Source: Trebonia sp.
GTDB taxonomy: Bacteria > Actinomycetota > Actinomycetes > Streptosporangiales > Streptosporangiaceae
Reading direction: 5' to 3'
NCBI RefSeq assembly: GCF_030042015.1
Contig: NZ_JASIAL010000203.1
Location: 569 to 64,568 of the forward strand
Length of the DNA: 64,000 bases
This document shows, piece by piece, positions 17,679-28,461 of the stretch. The position numbers were made by a program, and so were the translations under genes. The first letter of the stretch is position 1. Each line of letters starts with the position of its first letter. The notes under the pieces were generated by a model, which saw only the letters and a program-made list of their open reading frames with translations, ran no database searches and was not told the DNA's origin.

Positions 17679-19277
17679 TCAGGAACTGAGGCGGGACAGC
17701 AGCGCCTCGCCGTTGGGGCTGCCCAGGCCGGTGCACGGGTCCCAGCCGGGTCCCGCGCTGTAGGCGCCGTTGTTGCCCGACACGATGTCATTGAAGCCAG
17801 GCACGTCGGTACCCGGCAGCGCGCCCGCGTAGATCAGCGGCTGGAGCAGGCCGAACTTCTCGCCGGTGGCCTGCGCGAGCCGGGCGATCAGCCCCGCCCA
17901 CAGCGGCGCGACCGCGCTGGTGCCGCCCACCGGCTCCGGATTGCCGTCCACGATGACCTGGTAGCCGGTCACCGGGTCGGCGTTGCCTGCGACGTCGGGG
18001 ACGCCGCGGCCGGGCGAGGTCGCGGTGCCGGACGCGGACAGGGGCACGCCCGCGTTCGCCTGCCAGGATGGCAGCGGGTAGACGGCGCTGACGCCGCCGC
18101 CCGTGGCGCCCTCGTTGTTGGCGATCTCGTTCCAGACGACCTCTGAGGTGATCGTGTACGTGCTGGTGTTGCCGGTCAGCTCGGTGCCGCCGCAGGCGAG
18201 CGCGTGCGGGCTTGACGCGGGGAAGTCGACCTGCACCGGGCCATTGGGGTTGTTCGGGTCGTCGCTGCTGCCGTTGTCGCCGGCCGCGACGGTGACCGTG
18301 GTGCCGAGCACCGCCGCGTCCGCGATCGCGTCGTCCATCGCCGTCATGCTCTGCGCCGCCCACGAGTTCTCCGGTCCGCCCCAGCTGATCGACACCACGA
18401 TGGGCGCCGGGGTGGCGTGCACCGCGTCGGAGATCGCGTCGACGAAGCCCTGGTCGGTGTTGGGCGCGAAGTAGACGACCTGCGCCGCCCCGGGAGCGAC
18501 CGCGCCCGCGACCTCGATGTCAAGCTCGACCTCCCCGTCGGCTGCCTGGCCGGGGGAGTTCGACCCGCCGTCCACGCCGACCGCCGTGACCGAAGGGGTC
18601 GGCAGGCCGAGGCCGCTGAAGTAGGTGCTTAGGTCGCTGGCGTTGTAGCCGCCGCCTAGCTCGATGATCGCGATGGTCTGCCCGGTGCCGTCGGTGCCGG
18701 CCGGGAAGTCGTAGAACCCGGCGACCTGCAGCGCCGTGAGCGGCCCCGGGGCCGGCGCCGCCCCGGGGGCCGCTCCCGTGTGCCTGTGGCCCCGCTTGCG
18801 GAAGTGCGGCCGGGCCTGCGGCCGGGTGTCCAGGCCGAGCACGGCGGTGACGATACCGGCCAGTTGGGCGGGCACCGACAGGCCGCCGGACCGGTACCGG
18901 TGAACGACCAGCCCGCTGCCGTCCGGGTGCGGGCTGGCGACCTGCGTCAGCGTCGTTCCGAACGCCGCGGAAAGCGCGGCGATCGTGCCGGTCACCTTCA
19001 GGCGGCGGGACTCAGGGCGCGACTCCGTCACGGTCAGCCCGTACCCGCCGAGCACCTGCGTGGCGAGTGCGACGTCGGCTGGGCCGGCGCCGTACCGCGC
19101 GCCGAGCTGGTCGGAAGTCAGCGTCTCCGGCCCGATGATGAGCTGCTCCGGCACGGCGGCGCGCCGCCGCAGGATCAGTGTCACCGTGATCGCCGCGTTG
19201 GCATTGAGGTCTCCGGCGGGCTGGGCGCCGGGCAGCTCCGATCGCTCGCTGCCCGCCAGCGGCACTAGTTGCGGCAT
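17679..19277 (-). CDS. S53 family serine-carboxyl peptidase (kumamolisin-like) with prodomain
   Basis: EVELD, ISWG, AGDNGS, GRGVPDVAG, GGTSAVAPLWAG, GWDPCTGLG; RBS GGGAGGAG before the ATG at 19277. Confidence 0.93.
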   Translation of the reverse strand: MPQLVPLAGSERSELPGAQPAGDLNANAAITVTLILRRRAAVPEQLIIGPETLTSDQLGARYGAGPADVALATQVLGGYGLTVTESRPESRRLKVTGTIAALSAAFGTTLTQVASPHPDGSGLVVHRYRSGGLSVPAQLAGIVTAVLGLDTRPQARPHFRKRGHRHTGAAPGAAPAPGPLTALQVAGFYDFPAGTDGTGQTIAIIELGGGYNASDLSTYFSGLGLPTPSVTAVGVDGGSNSPGQAADGEVELDIEVAGAVAPGAAQVVYFAPNTDQGFVDAISDAVHATPAPIVVSISWGGPENSWAAQSMTAMDDAIADAAVLGTTVTVAAGDNGSSDDPNNPNGPVQVDFPASSPHALACGGTELTGNTSTYTITSEVVWNEIANNEGATGGGVSAVYPLPSWQANAGVPLSASGTATSPGRGVPDVAGNADPVTGYQVIVDGNPEPVGGTSAVAPLWAGLIARLAQATGEKFGLLQPLIYAGALPGTDVPGFNDIVSGNNGAYSAGPGWDPCTGLGSPNGEALLSRLSS

Positions 19278-19650
19278 GGGACTCCTCCCCGTTGAGTTGT
19301 CAGGTCCTACCGGAATTCTGTCGTGCCCGGGCAGCGGTTGTTCTGCTTTGGCCAATCATTTGATGACCTATCGGTAAAGGCATTCGATACCAGGGGTTAA
19401 ATCGCCGGGCCGGCCCGCCGCCGGCCCGGCGGCCGGCGACCCCAGCACGAAGTCGCGTGCGGCGGCGTCACCGACGCCTCCGGCAACCGGTGACTAATGC
19501 CTCGATAGTCGTAATTGATCTATTCTGCCCACCGTGTACCACATGTGAGGGTTTAGCCACGAGAAGTGGTTGTTTCTGTCAGTATGGCGAGCGGTAGCTG
19601 GCGGGCCTTTTGCGTGGCTGTCACGCGTCCGCCAGGACGAGAGGGTCACC

Positions 19651-21021
19651 GTGAGCAGTTCCCCGCGGCGGGAAACCTTTCGCGACGTGTTCGCTGTGCG
19701 CGAGTTCCGCGCGCTCTGGGTTTCCCAGGTCCTCTCGGTCGGCGGCGACCGCCTGGCCCTGGTCGCGCTGACACTCCTGGTCTACGACCGGACCCACTCC
19801 GCGCTGCTCGCCGCCGTCGCCTACGCCGCGGGCTACGTCCCGTACATCGTAGGCGGGCTGTTCCTTTCCGGCCTCGCCGACCGGCTGCCGCGCCGGGAGG
19901 TGATGGTCGGCTGCGACGTGATCAGGGCCGCCATCGTCGGGGTGATGCTGGTGCCGCACATGCCGCTCGACGTCCTTGTCGCGATGTTGTACGCGGTCAC
20001 GCTGGTCCAGCCGCCATTCGACGCGGCGCGGTCGGCCATTCTCCCCGACATGCTCGACGGACAGCGGTACGCGCTGGCGGCCGCGGCCATGCAGACGACG
20101 TACCGGGTGGCCCTCGTGGTCGGGGCGGCTGTCGGGGGAGTCATGGTCGCGGTCATCGGGGCGCGGTCCGCGCTGGGCGCGGATGCCGCCACGTTCGTCG
20201 CCTCGGCCCTCATCGTCGGCCTCGGCACCAGGGCCAGGCCGGTCCCGGCCGGCAGGCCGCGTCAGGGACAGCTGGCCCGCCTGGGTGCGGGGGCCAGGCT
20301 CGTGTTCGGCGACAGGGCGCTGCGGACTTTGCTGCTGCTCGGCTGGCTGGTCGCGCTCTACGAAGTCCCGGAAGGGATCGCGGCCCCGTATGCCGCACGG
20401 CTCGGCGGCGGACCGGTCGCCGCGGGCCTGCTCATCGCGTCGACCCAGGTGGGCGCGGTGCTCGTCACACCGGTCTTCACCAGCAAGATCGGACCGCTGA
20501 CGCGGCTGCGCTGGATGGGCCCGATGGCGGTCACGGCGTGCTCGGTTCTCGTGCTTACCGCGGCGCGCCCGGGCCTTGGCGTCTCGATGGCGATCTTCGC
20601 GCTGTCGGGGACGTTCGCGATTTACCAGGTCGCGGCCAACACGGCGTTTGTCGCCAGGCTGCCGAACGAGCGCCGGGCGCAGGCGTTCGGCCTCGCCAAC
20701 GCCGGGCTGGTCGTCGGTCAGGGGGTGGCTTTCATGGCCGCAGGAGCGGCCGCCGAGGTGATTCCTCCCTCGACGGTGGTCGCCCTCGGCGGGGGACTTG
20801 GTGCGCTGGCGGCAGGGGGCCTGGCGCTTCGCTGGCGGCGGATGTCGCCCGCCGTCGGCCGCCACTCCGCGCGGCATCTGCGCGATCATGCCTCCCACCC
20901 CGGCGGCATCGCAAAGGCACCCGTCCGCGGGGCTGATTCCCGGGCTCCGCGCCACGGGATAGCGGTGAAAAATCCGGGGCTAACGGTAAGTCAGGAGCTA
21001 AGGGCCAGGTCAAGGAGCTAA
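19651..21021 (+). CDS. MFS transporter (DHA3/MFS_3, EntS/Tap-like exporter); start uncertain
   Basis: TFRDVFAVREFRALWVSQVLSVGGD, GLADRLPRREVMVGCDVIRA, DAATFVASA; about 12 hydrophobic segments; ORF open from 19570. Confidence 0.88.
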   Translation: MSSSPRRETFRDVFAVREFRALWVSQVLSVGGDRLALVALTLLVYDRTHSALLAAVAYAAGYVPYIVGGLFLSGLADRLPRREVMVGCDVIRAAIVGVMLVPHMPLDVLVAMLYAVTLVQPPFDAARSAILPDMLDGQRYALAAAAMQTTYRVALVVGAAVGGVMVAVIGARSALGADAATFVASALIVGLGTRARPVPAGRPRQGQLARLGAGARLVFGDRALRTLLLLGWLVALYEVPEGIAAPYAARLGGGPVAAGLLIASTQVGAVLVTPVFTSKIGPLTRLRWMGPMAVTACSVLVLTAARPGLGVSMAIFALSGTFAIYQVAANTAFVARLPNERRAQAFGLANAGLVVGQGVAFMAAGAAAEVIPPSTVVALGGGLGALAAGGLALRWRRMSPAVGRHSARHLRDHASHPGGIAKAPVRGADSRAPRHGIAVKNPGLTVSQELRARSRS

Positions 21022-21040
21022 GGGCCAGGTCAAAGGGCTA
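20991..21040. repeat. 20-bp tandem repeat (about 2.5 copies) across the MFS stop codon
   Basis: AGGAGCTAAGGGCCAGGTCA occurs twice in tandem, followed by a degenerate partial copy. Confidence 0.8.
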
Positions 21041-21055
21041 GCCGAATATCCGCGC

Positions 21056-21076
21056 TCAGGTCCACGTGTCGCGCAT
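21056..21076 (-). CDS. Putative hexapeptide MRDTWT
   Basis: Minus strand GAAGGGA-tgacgcacc-ATG CGC GAC ACG TGG ACC TGA; parallels the adjacent MRTVWI ORF. Confidence 0.6.
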   Translation of the reverse strand: MRDTWT

Positions 21077-21131
21077 GGTGCGTCATCCCTTCAGCGTAAG
21101 AAGTTTCGTCGACTGGGGGAGTTTGGCAGCG

Positions 21132-21152
21132 TCAGATCCAGACAGTGCGCAC
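21132..21152 (-). CDS. Putative hexapeptide MRTVWI
   Basis: Minus strand GAGGAGGAG-tcgcc-GTG CGC ACT GTC TGG ATC TGA; GGAGG lies 7 nt from the start codon. Confidence 0.65.
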   Translation of the reverse strand: MRTVWI

Positions 21153-21408
21153 GGCGACTCCTCCTCACGCGTACCTTCTGTGCGTGTTGACACCTGCATT
21201 CACCCCGTTGTCTTTGGCTTGAATGCGTCTCCGAGCCATCATTACTACGCACCATTTAGCACCTTCTTGTCCTGAGATGTCGGTGAATCTGGCTGCAATA
21301 GTTACCTCGACCGGCATAGATGGGTTATGGTAGCTATACGCAGCTAGTCATTTACGGTGAGCTGCTACTACAAGGCAGACCCTGGTGTCACGCACGGAAC
21401 GGTGGAAG

Positions 21409-22857
21409 ATGCAAGCCTCGTCCCTCACCAGCCGCCTCAAAGCGGGCACGAGCGTGCGGGATTGGCCCTGGTGGCGGCTTCCGCCAATGCTTCGCTGGTA
21501 CGTCGCGACTCCGCCCGTGCTGGCGCTGATCGCTGTCGGGCTCACCGTTTCCAGGACCGACTGGCGTTTGGCCGACCTGGTTAAATTCCTGCTGCTTGTC
21601 TGCTGCGGCATGATCTCCGTGGCCTGCACCCCGCGTATCGCTTATAGCGGCGGGGGCATGACCAGGGATTTCGTCACGGTGTGGGTCCTTCCGGCCGCGA
21701 TCTTGCTGCCGCCCGTATACGCGGTGCTGATGCCGATACCCTTGCTCGCGCTGATCCAGTGGTGGGTGCACAGGGGAATCGTGTACCGGCGGGTCTTCAC
21801 GGCCGCGACGATCAGCGTGGGCTACTTCTGCGCGGCACTGCTGTTCCGTGCGTTCCCTGCCTCGATCGCGGGCGGTTCGGTGGGCTCCGGTCTGCACGCC
21901 CTGACATGGGCCGCGGTCGTCGCGCTGTGCGAAATCGTGGGCGGCAGGGGGCACCATTTCCTGATCGTCGGCGCGGTCAAGCTATCGGATCCAAGCGCGA
22001 AGATGAGGAACCTGGAATGGAATCGCGAGGCGCTGCAGGGTGACTTCGCCGAATTCGACCTGGCGGTCCTGATTACCCTGGTCCTTGCCATTAGCCCGGT
22101 CCTCGCGGTGTTCGCGGTGCCCACGGTCCTGCTGGTCAGGCGCTTCATGATGCACGCGCAGCTCCTTGCCCAATCCCGGATTGACGCAAAGACCGGCCTG
22201 CTCAACGTCTCCACATGGGAAAAGGAAGCCGAGGGAGAGCTGTCCCGCGCGATCAGGACCCGCAGTCCGCTCGCGATTGGCCTGGTCGATATTGACCACT
22301 TCAAGTCGGTCAATGACACGCACGGCCACCTGGTCGGCGACAGGGTACTGCGAGCCGTTGCCACCGCGCTCAGGAGCCAGCTGCGCGACTACGACCGGGC
22401 GGGCAGGTTCGGCGGAGAAGAGTTCGTGCTCCTGCTCGCGCAGACCAATGAGGGCGACGCCCGTCGCGTGGCGGAAAGACTGCGCAAATACGTGGCCGCG
22501 ATGGCGGTTCCGATTGACGACCGGCCTGACGCGCCCCTCGTCCGGCTGACGATCTCCGTCGGGGTGACGGCGATACCCAGCGGGGCCAGCCGGGAGCTCA
22601 GTGACCTGCTCGCGGCCGCGGACTCGGCGCTCTACCACGCCAAGCAGACCGGCCGGAACAAGGTCGCCGTGGCCGCGCCCGCCGAGGCCGGCGCCGAGCT
22701 GGGCGTCGGCCTCGGCGGGCAGGCGGAGTTTGCCCGGGTGGACCCTGCGGGCCCTTCCTTATGCCCGGCGATATTACTCTCCGTACTCAACAGCGCACGC
22801 ACAGCGCGCGGACCGGTTTGGGGGAAACCGCCGCCGACGGCCAGCCAGCCTCGGTAA
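21409..22857 (+). CDS. Membrane-bound diguanylate cyclase (GGDEF) with multi-TM N-terminal sensor
   Basis: DAKTGLLN, DIDHFKSVNDTHGHLVGD, RDYD I-site five residues before GGEEF, ADSALYHAKQTGRNK; N-terminal ~250 aa hydrophobic. Alternative GTG start at 21385. Confidence 0.93.
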   Translation: MQASSLTSRLKAGTSVRDWPWWRLPPMLRWYVATPPVLALIAVGLTVSRTDWRLADLVKFLLLVCCGMISVACTPRIAYSGGGMTRDFVTVWVLPAAILLPPVYAVLMPIPLLALIQWWVHRGIVYRRVFTAATISVGYFCAALLFRAFPASIAGGSVGSGLHALTWAAVVALCEIVGGRGHHFLIVGAVKLSDPSAKMRNLEWNREALQGDFAEFDLAVLITLVLAISPVLAVFAVPTVLLVRRFMMHAQLLAQSRIDAKTGLLNVSTWEKEAEGELSRAIRTRSPLAIGLVDIDHFKSVNDTHGHLVGDRVLRAVATALRSQLRDYDRAGRFGGEEFVLLLAQTNEGDARRVAERLRKYVAAMAVPIDDRPDAPLVRLTISVGVTAIPSGASRELSDLLAAADSALYHAKQTGRNKVAVAAPAEAGAELGVGLGGQAEFARVDPAGPSLCPAILLSVLNSARTARGPVWGKPPPTASQPR

Positions 22858-22886
22858 GCTCACTCGAACGCGCCAAAGCCACGTCG

Positions 22887-22910
22887 TTCCTGCCCGATAT
22901 CGGGCAGGAA
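22887..22910. promoter_or_regulatory. Perfect 24-bp palindrome (operator or terminator candidate)
   Basis: TTCCTGCCCGAT|ATCGGGCAGGAA is exactly self-complementary; lies between the GGDEF stop and the small gene before glmS. Confidence 0.65.
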
Positions 22911-22952
22911 TCTTGCCGCAAGACGCCAGGCGCTGCCACACTGATCATCGCC

Positions 22953-23249
22953 ATGAACGACACACACCCGCAGGACCGGCAGGAACCGCGGTACCCGCAG
23001 GACCTGGTCCGCCACATCGCGGCGTCCACCGGGCTGCCCGAGGCGATCGCGACGCGAGTGGTGGCAGACATCGCGGCGTACTACGGCGAGACCGTCGAGG
23101 TTTTCGTCTGCCGGCGGCACGAGGAGCTCAAGCGCAAGCAGCGCAAGAACGACGAGATCTGGCCGCAGATCGCGGCCGAGCTCGCCACCCGCAGGTTCAG
23201 GTCGCCGGAGCTGTCCGGCCGGCAGCTGCGGCGCATCGTCTACAGCTGA
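22953..23249 (+). CDS. Small helical hypothetical protein upstream of glmS
   Basis: 98 aa with high-GC codon usage; DLVRHIAASTGL...ETVEVFVCRRHEEL...LSGRQLRRIVYS. Confidence 0.75.
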   Translation: MNDTHPQDRQEPRYPQDLVRHIAASTGLPEAIATRVVADIAAYYGETVEVFVCRRHEELKRKQRKNDEIWPQIAAELATRRFRSPELSGRQLRRIVYS

Positions 23250-23318
23250 TGCGGCAAGCCGGCCCGGCACGGCCACGGCGGACCGGAAACCAGCAGGAAA
23301 CCAGGAAGGGGAGCGCGC

Positions 23319-25157
<1,839 letters not shown>

Positions 25158-25280
25158 CCGCGCCGCCCGCGTCATCAAAAAGGTGCGGGTCCGCCCCTGC
25201 ATAGGCCCTTTAGTCATCCCGAACGGACCGTGGCCTTGCCTGGCAGCGCCACGACCGCTGCCGGGGAATGGTCAGCGCCG

Positions 25281-27488
25281 CTAGGCCGGGCTCAAGGTTC
25301 TTAAGCTGGGCAGCGCCAGCACCGCTTCCTCGGCGGTCAGCTCGATGGCCGCCGCGGCGGCCATCGCCTCGATGACCGACTCGGGCAGGGTCTGCTCGCA
25401 CCACACGACCTTGCCCGTGTGCGTGCGCCGCGCGCCCCAGCGGGCGGCGAGCTGCGACACCACGTGCAGCCCGCGGCCGTTCTCCGCCTCCCTGTCCACC
25501 TGCAGCACGCGCGGCAGCGCGGGCGAGGAGTCGTGCACCTCACAGGCAAGGCTGTCGGACTCGAGCACGAGCCGCAGGAGAACCTCGCCGTTGGTGTACT
25601 TGATCGCGTTGGTGACCAGCTCGGAGACCAGCAGCTCGGTAACCGGTATGAGGTCTTCGAGGCCCCACCGCTTCAGCGGGTCGCGGATCAGGCAGCGCGC
25701 CTGGCCGACGGACGGGAACTCGGGCGCGAGCGTCCAGCAGACCCGCTGGTCTTCGGGGATCCGCCGCAGCTTGGCGATGAGCACCGCGATGTCGTCCCGC
25801 TGGGCGTCGGAGTACACGCCGTCGAGCGAGGCCTTGCACAGGTCTTCGAGCGGCGCCTGCGGCGACCCGGGCCCGAACGTCTTCTGCAGCCGGTCGAGCC
25901 CGTCGCTGATGTCCCTGTCCTTGCTCTCCACGAGCCCGTCGGTGTACAGGACGAACAGGCTGCCGTCCTCGATGGCGAACCGCGTCGTCTCGACGATCCC
26001 GTCGCCGACGCCGAGCGGCGGCGACGGCGTGACCGACAGCAGCTCACTGCGGCCGTCCGGGTGGACGAGCAGCGGCGGCAGGTGCCCGGCCACGGCGAGC
26101 TCGCACTCGCCGGTCACCGCGTCGTAGACCGCGTACGCGCAGGTCGCGAAGTGCGGTTCCCGCTGGCCGATCGCGTGCATCAGCTCGTCGAGCTGCTGCA
26201 GCGACTCGGCGGGCGGCAGCTCGAGCATCGCCAGCGTCTGGATGGCGGTGCGCAGCCGTCCCATCGTGACCGCGGCCCGCACGCCGTGCCCCGCGACGTC
26301 GCCCACGACCAGGGCCACCCGCGCGCCGGGCAGCCTGATCGACTCATACCAGTCGCCGCCGACCTCGACGAGCTTGCTGCCTGGCAGGTACCTGTGCCGC
26401 ACCTCGACGGAGGACGGCGCGGACAGCCCGGTCGGCAGCATGGACCGCTGCAGCGTGAGGGCCGTGGCGTGCTCGCGGTTGTACCGCCGCGCGTTGTCGA
26501 AGAAGATCGCGGCACGGGAGGCGAACTCCATGCCCATCTCCATGTCGTAGGCGTCGAAGCGGCGGGTGCCCGGCTGCCGCACGCAGCAGAAGAACCCGAG
26601 CGTGGTGCCCTTCGCGACCAGCGGCAGCATGAGTATCGAGACGTCGGACAGCAAGTCGGAGACCGGCTTGCGCCGCCAGGCCCGCGCGAGCTTGCGCGCC
26701 GCGTCCGCGCTGAACGACTGCTCGAGGACGGCCTTGCCCGACTCGATGCAGCGCACGTAGGGCGAGCCGGGCGGGTAGCGCAGGATCTCGCCGGTCGGGA
26801 ACGCGGCCTGCCAGGCCGGGTCCTTCTGGTCGTGGGCGACGGCGAGCCGCCGCAGCGGGTGGCTGATGTCCGGCCCGTGCGCGGGGAACTCGTTGTCCCC
26901 GACCAGGCTCTCGAGCACGAGCAGGTCACCGGCGGTGCAGAACGCGGGCACCAGCCGGTTCATGAGCTTCTCGGCCAGGTCGCTGAAGTCGAGCGTGTCA
27001 TCGATGCCGGTGAACGTGTCGCGCAGCAGCATGTCGCGCATCAGCGCGGGGTCGACGAACCGCTCGGCGCTCGGCACGGGGATCTGCAAGATGACGAACG
27101 CCGCGACGCTGCTGTCCCCGGCCTGCATCGGCTTGGCGGTCACGACGGCCTCGGCGGTTCCGCCGTTGGCGAGGGCGACTGTCAGGACGGCGTTCCCTTC
27201 CCGCTCGCTCTTGACGGCCTCAAGCAGCGTCCCGACCGCGTCCCTTTCCTTATCTCCCGAACGAGCCGGGCCGGCTCCCGCGGCCCCGCCATGTGCCTGC
27301 GCGGTGATGTCGTTTAGGTGAACTCCGAGCAGGTCGTCGCAAGTGCGTGCCAGAATCTTGGGAGCCGTGCGGTCATGCTGGACGATCCGGCCGGAACGGT
27401 CGATTCCGAGGATCAGGGTCCGCACCGACGAGCTCACGGTCACGTTCACCGGCGGTGCCTTTCGGCTCACCCTTCTGCCGGTTGCCAC
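25281..27488 (-). CDS. SpoIIE/PP2C-type phosphatase with PAS/GAF and C-terminal HATPase_c (anti-sigma-like) domain
   Basis: TLQRSMLP, VGGDWY, VVGDVAGHG, LYTDGLVE, DDIAVL; ELLVSELVTNA and ENGRGL. Confidence 0.92.
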   Translation of the reverse strand: MATGRRVSRKAPPVNVTVSSSVRTLILGIDRSGRIVQHDRTAPKILARTCDDLLGVHLNDITAQAHGGAAGAGPARSGDKERDAVGTLLEAVKSEREGNAVLTVALANGGTAEAVVTAKPMQAGDSSVAAFVILQIPVPSAERFVDPALMRDMLLRDTFTGIDDTLDFSDLAEKLMNRLVPAFCTAGDLLVLESLVGDNEFPAHGPDISHPLRRLAVAHDQKDPAWQAAFPTGEILRYPPGSPYVRCIESGKAVLEQSFSADAARKLARAWRRKPVSDLLSDVSILMLPLVAKGTTLGFFCCVRQPGTRRFDAYDMEMGMEFASRAAIFFDNARRYNREHATALTLQRSMLPTGLSAPSSVEVRHRYLPGSKLVEVGGDWYESIRLPGARVALVVGDVAGHGVRAAVTMGRLRTAIQTLAMLELPPAESLQQLDELMHAIGQREPHFATCAYAVYDAVTGECELAVAGHLPPLLVHPDGRSELLSVTPSPPLGVGDGIVETTRFAIEDGSLFVLYTDGLVESKDRDISDGLDRLQKTFGPGSPQAPLEDLCKASLDGVYSDAQRDDIAVLIAKLRRIPEDQRVCWTLAPEFPSVGQARCLIRDPLKRWGLEDLIPVTELLVSELVTNAIKYTNGEVLLRLVLESDSLACEVHDSSPALPRVLQVDREAENGRGLHVVSQLAARWGARRTHTGKVVWCEQTLPESVIEAMAAAAAIELTAEEAVLALPSLRTLSPA

Positions 27489-27693
27489 GGGCTGCTCCTG
27501 AAGTTTCGTGCACGGTGCGCTCTTGCCAATTATGGGCTACCGCGCGCGGGTGCAAAGAGGAGTTCCGATTCTTCCCCTTTATCAATTATCGTCCAGTATG
27601 TCATGGCTTGTGGGCTTCTCCTGTGCTGCCTGGGGCAAGCGACCGCTAGCGCGGCGCGAAACAGCCCTGGTGGGACGGCGAAAACCCGCCCGC

Positions 27694-28461
27694 TCAGGGG
27701 ATCGTCCCGCTCAGCCTGGCCGTGGCCAGCGCCGCCGCGAGCAGCACGACGGCCCAGGACGCCGCGCGCAGCGCGCGCTCGAGCGGCTCGAGCAGCAGCC
27801 GCGTGCTGACCGGGACCACGCGGCCGTCGGCGAACGTGATCGTGCCCTCGGCGCTGGCGACCCGGCGGCGGATCGCCCGTGCCGGGGCGGACAGCCGGCG
27901 CTGCGCGGCGGACAGCGCGAGCGCGCCGGCGCCCGCCAGCAGCGCCGCCACGGACAGGTCCCCGGCCTGCGCCGCGTACCCGGTCAGCGCGGGGAACGCG
28001 CCCCAGGCGGCGGCGAAGCCGAGGTCGGTGTGCACGAGCCCGCCGAACAGCTCCGCGTTGTACGCCACGACGAGCACCGGCCCGGCCACCATGAACGGCA
28101 GCAGGATCCACCCGCGCGGCCAGCCGATGACGGCGATGCCCGCGGCGCCGAGCCCGAGCGCGCCCGCCAGCCCGAACACCGTCGCCGCCACAAGCAGCGA
28201 GCCGGGTATCGACGTGCGCAGCGGCCGCCCCTGCAGTTCGTCGAGCGCGTGCGCGGCGACGCCGACCGCGAGGAAGAACGCCGCCACCGACGCGAGCAGC
28301 CTGCTCAGGTACACGTGCGGCGCCAGGCACGCGCCGATCACCACGTAGGACAGGTGCCACGCCGTGTACGGCGGGTGCAGCAGCGTCCACCAGTCCCGCC
28401 ACGCCCCGGGCCGCGCGGCGTAGAACGCCGGCCGGGTGGCATCGTCGCCCCTGTCATCCAC
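27694..28461 (-). CDS. Polytopic membrane protein, UbiA prenyltransferase superfamily-like
   Basis: LLHPPYTAWHLSYVVIG, AHALDELQGRPL, VAYNAEL...FAAAWGAFP; overlaps the upstream methyltransferase. Confidence 0.55.
   Translation of the reverse strand: MDDRGDDATRPAFYAARPGAWRDWWTLLHPPYTAWHLSYVVIGACLAPHVYLSRLLASVAAFFLAVGVAAHALDELQGRPLRTSIPGSLLVAATVFGLAGALGLGAAGIAVIGWPRGWILLPFMVAGPVLVVAYNAELFGGLVHTDLGFAAAWGAFPALTGYAAQAGDLSVAALLAGAGALALSAAQRRLSAPARAIRRRVASAEGTITFADGRVVPVSTRLLLEPLERALRAASWAVVLLAAALATARLSGTIP

Noticed and set aside
20991-21040. CRISPR array (also considered for 38460-38490, 49648-49675 and 51284-51317)
   Set aside because: Short adjacent tandem repeats without unique spacers; no cas genes.
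21030-21086. Alternative 18-aa ORF MTHHARHVDLSADIRLAL overlapping MRDTWT
   Set aside because: Its ATG sits inside the purine-rich SD-like sequence with no spacing; the MRDTWT frame has proper spacing and matches the sister peptide.
21165-21242. 24-25-aa ORF (M)MARRRIQAKDNGVNAGVNTHRRYA upstream of the hexapeptides
   Set aside because: No clear SD and atypical codon usage; it cannot be excluded as a leaderless ORF but is unsupported.
21077-21400. c-di-GMP riboswitch near the GGDEF gene
   Set aside because: I could not find the GGCAAAC / GNRA tetraloop-receptor pattern of class I or the kink-turn pattern of class II; an Infernal search would be decisive.
23250-23318. glmS ribozyme
   Set aside because: The leader is only 69 bp and lacks the recognisable ribozyme core.
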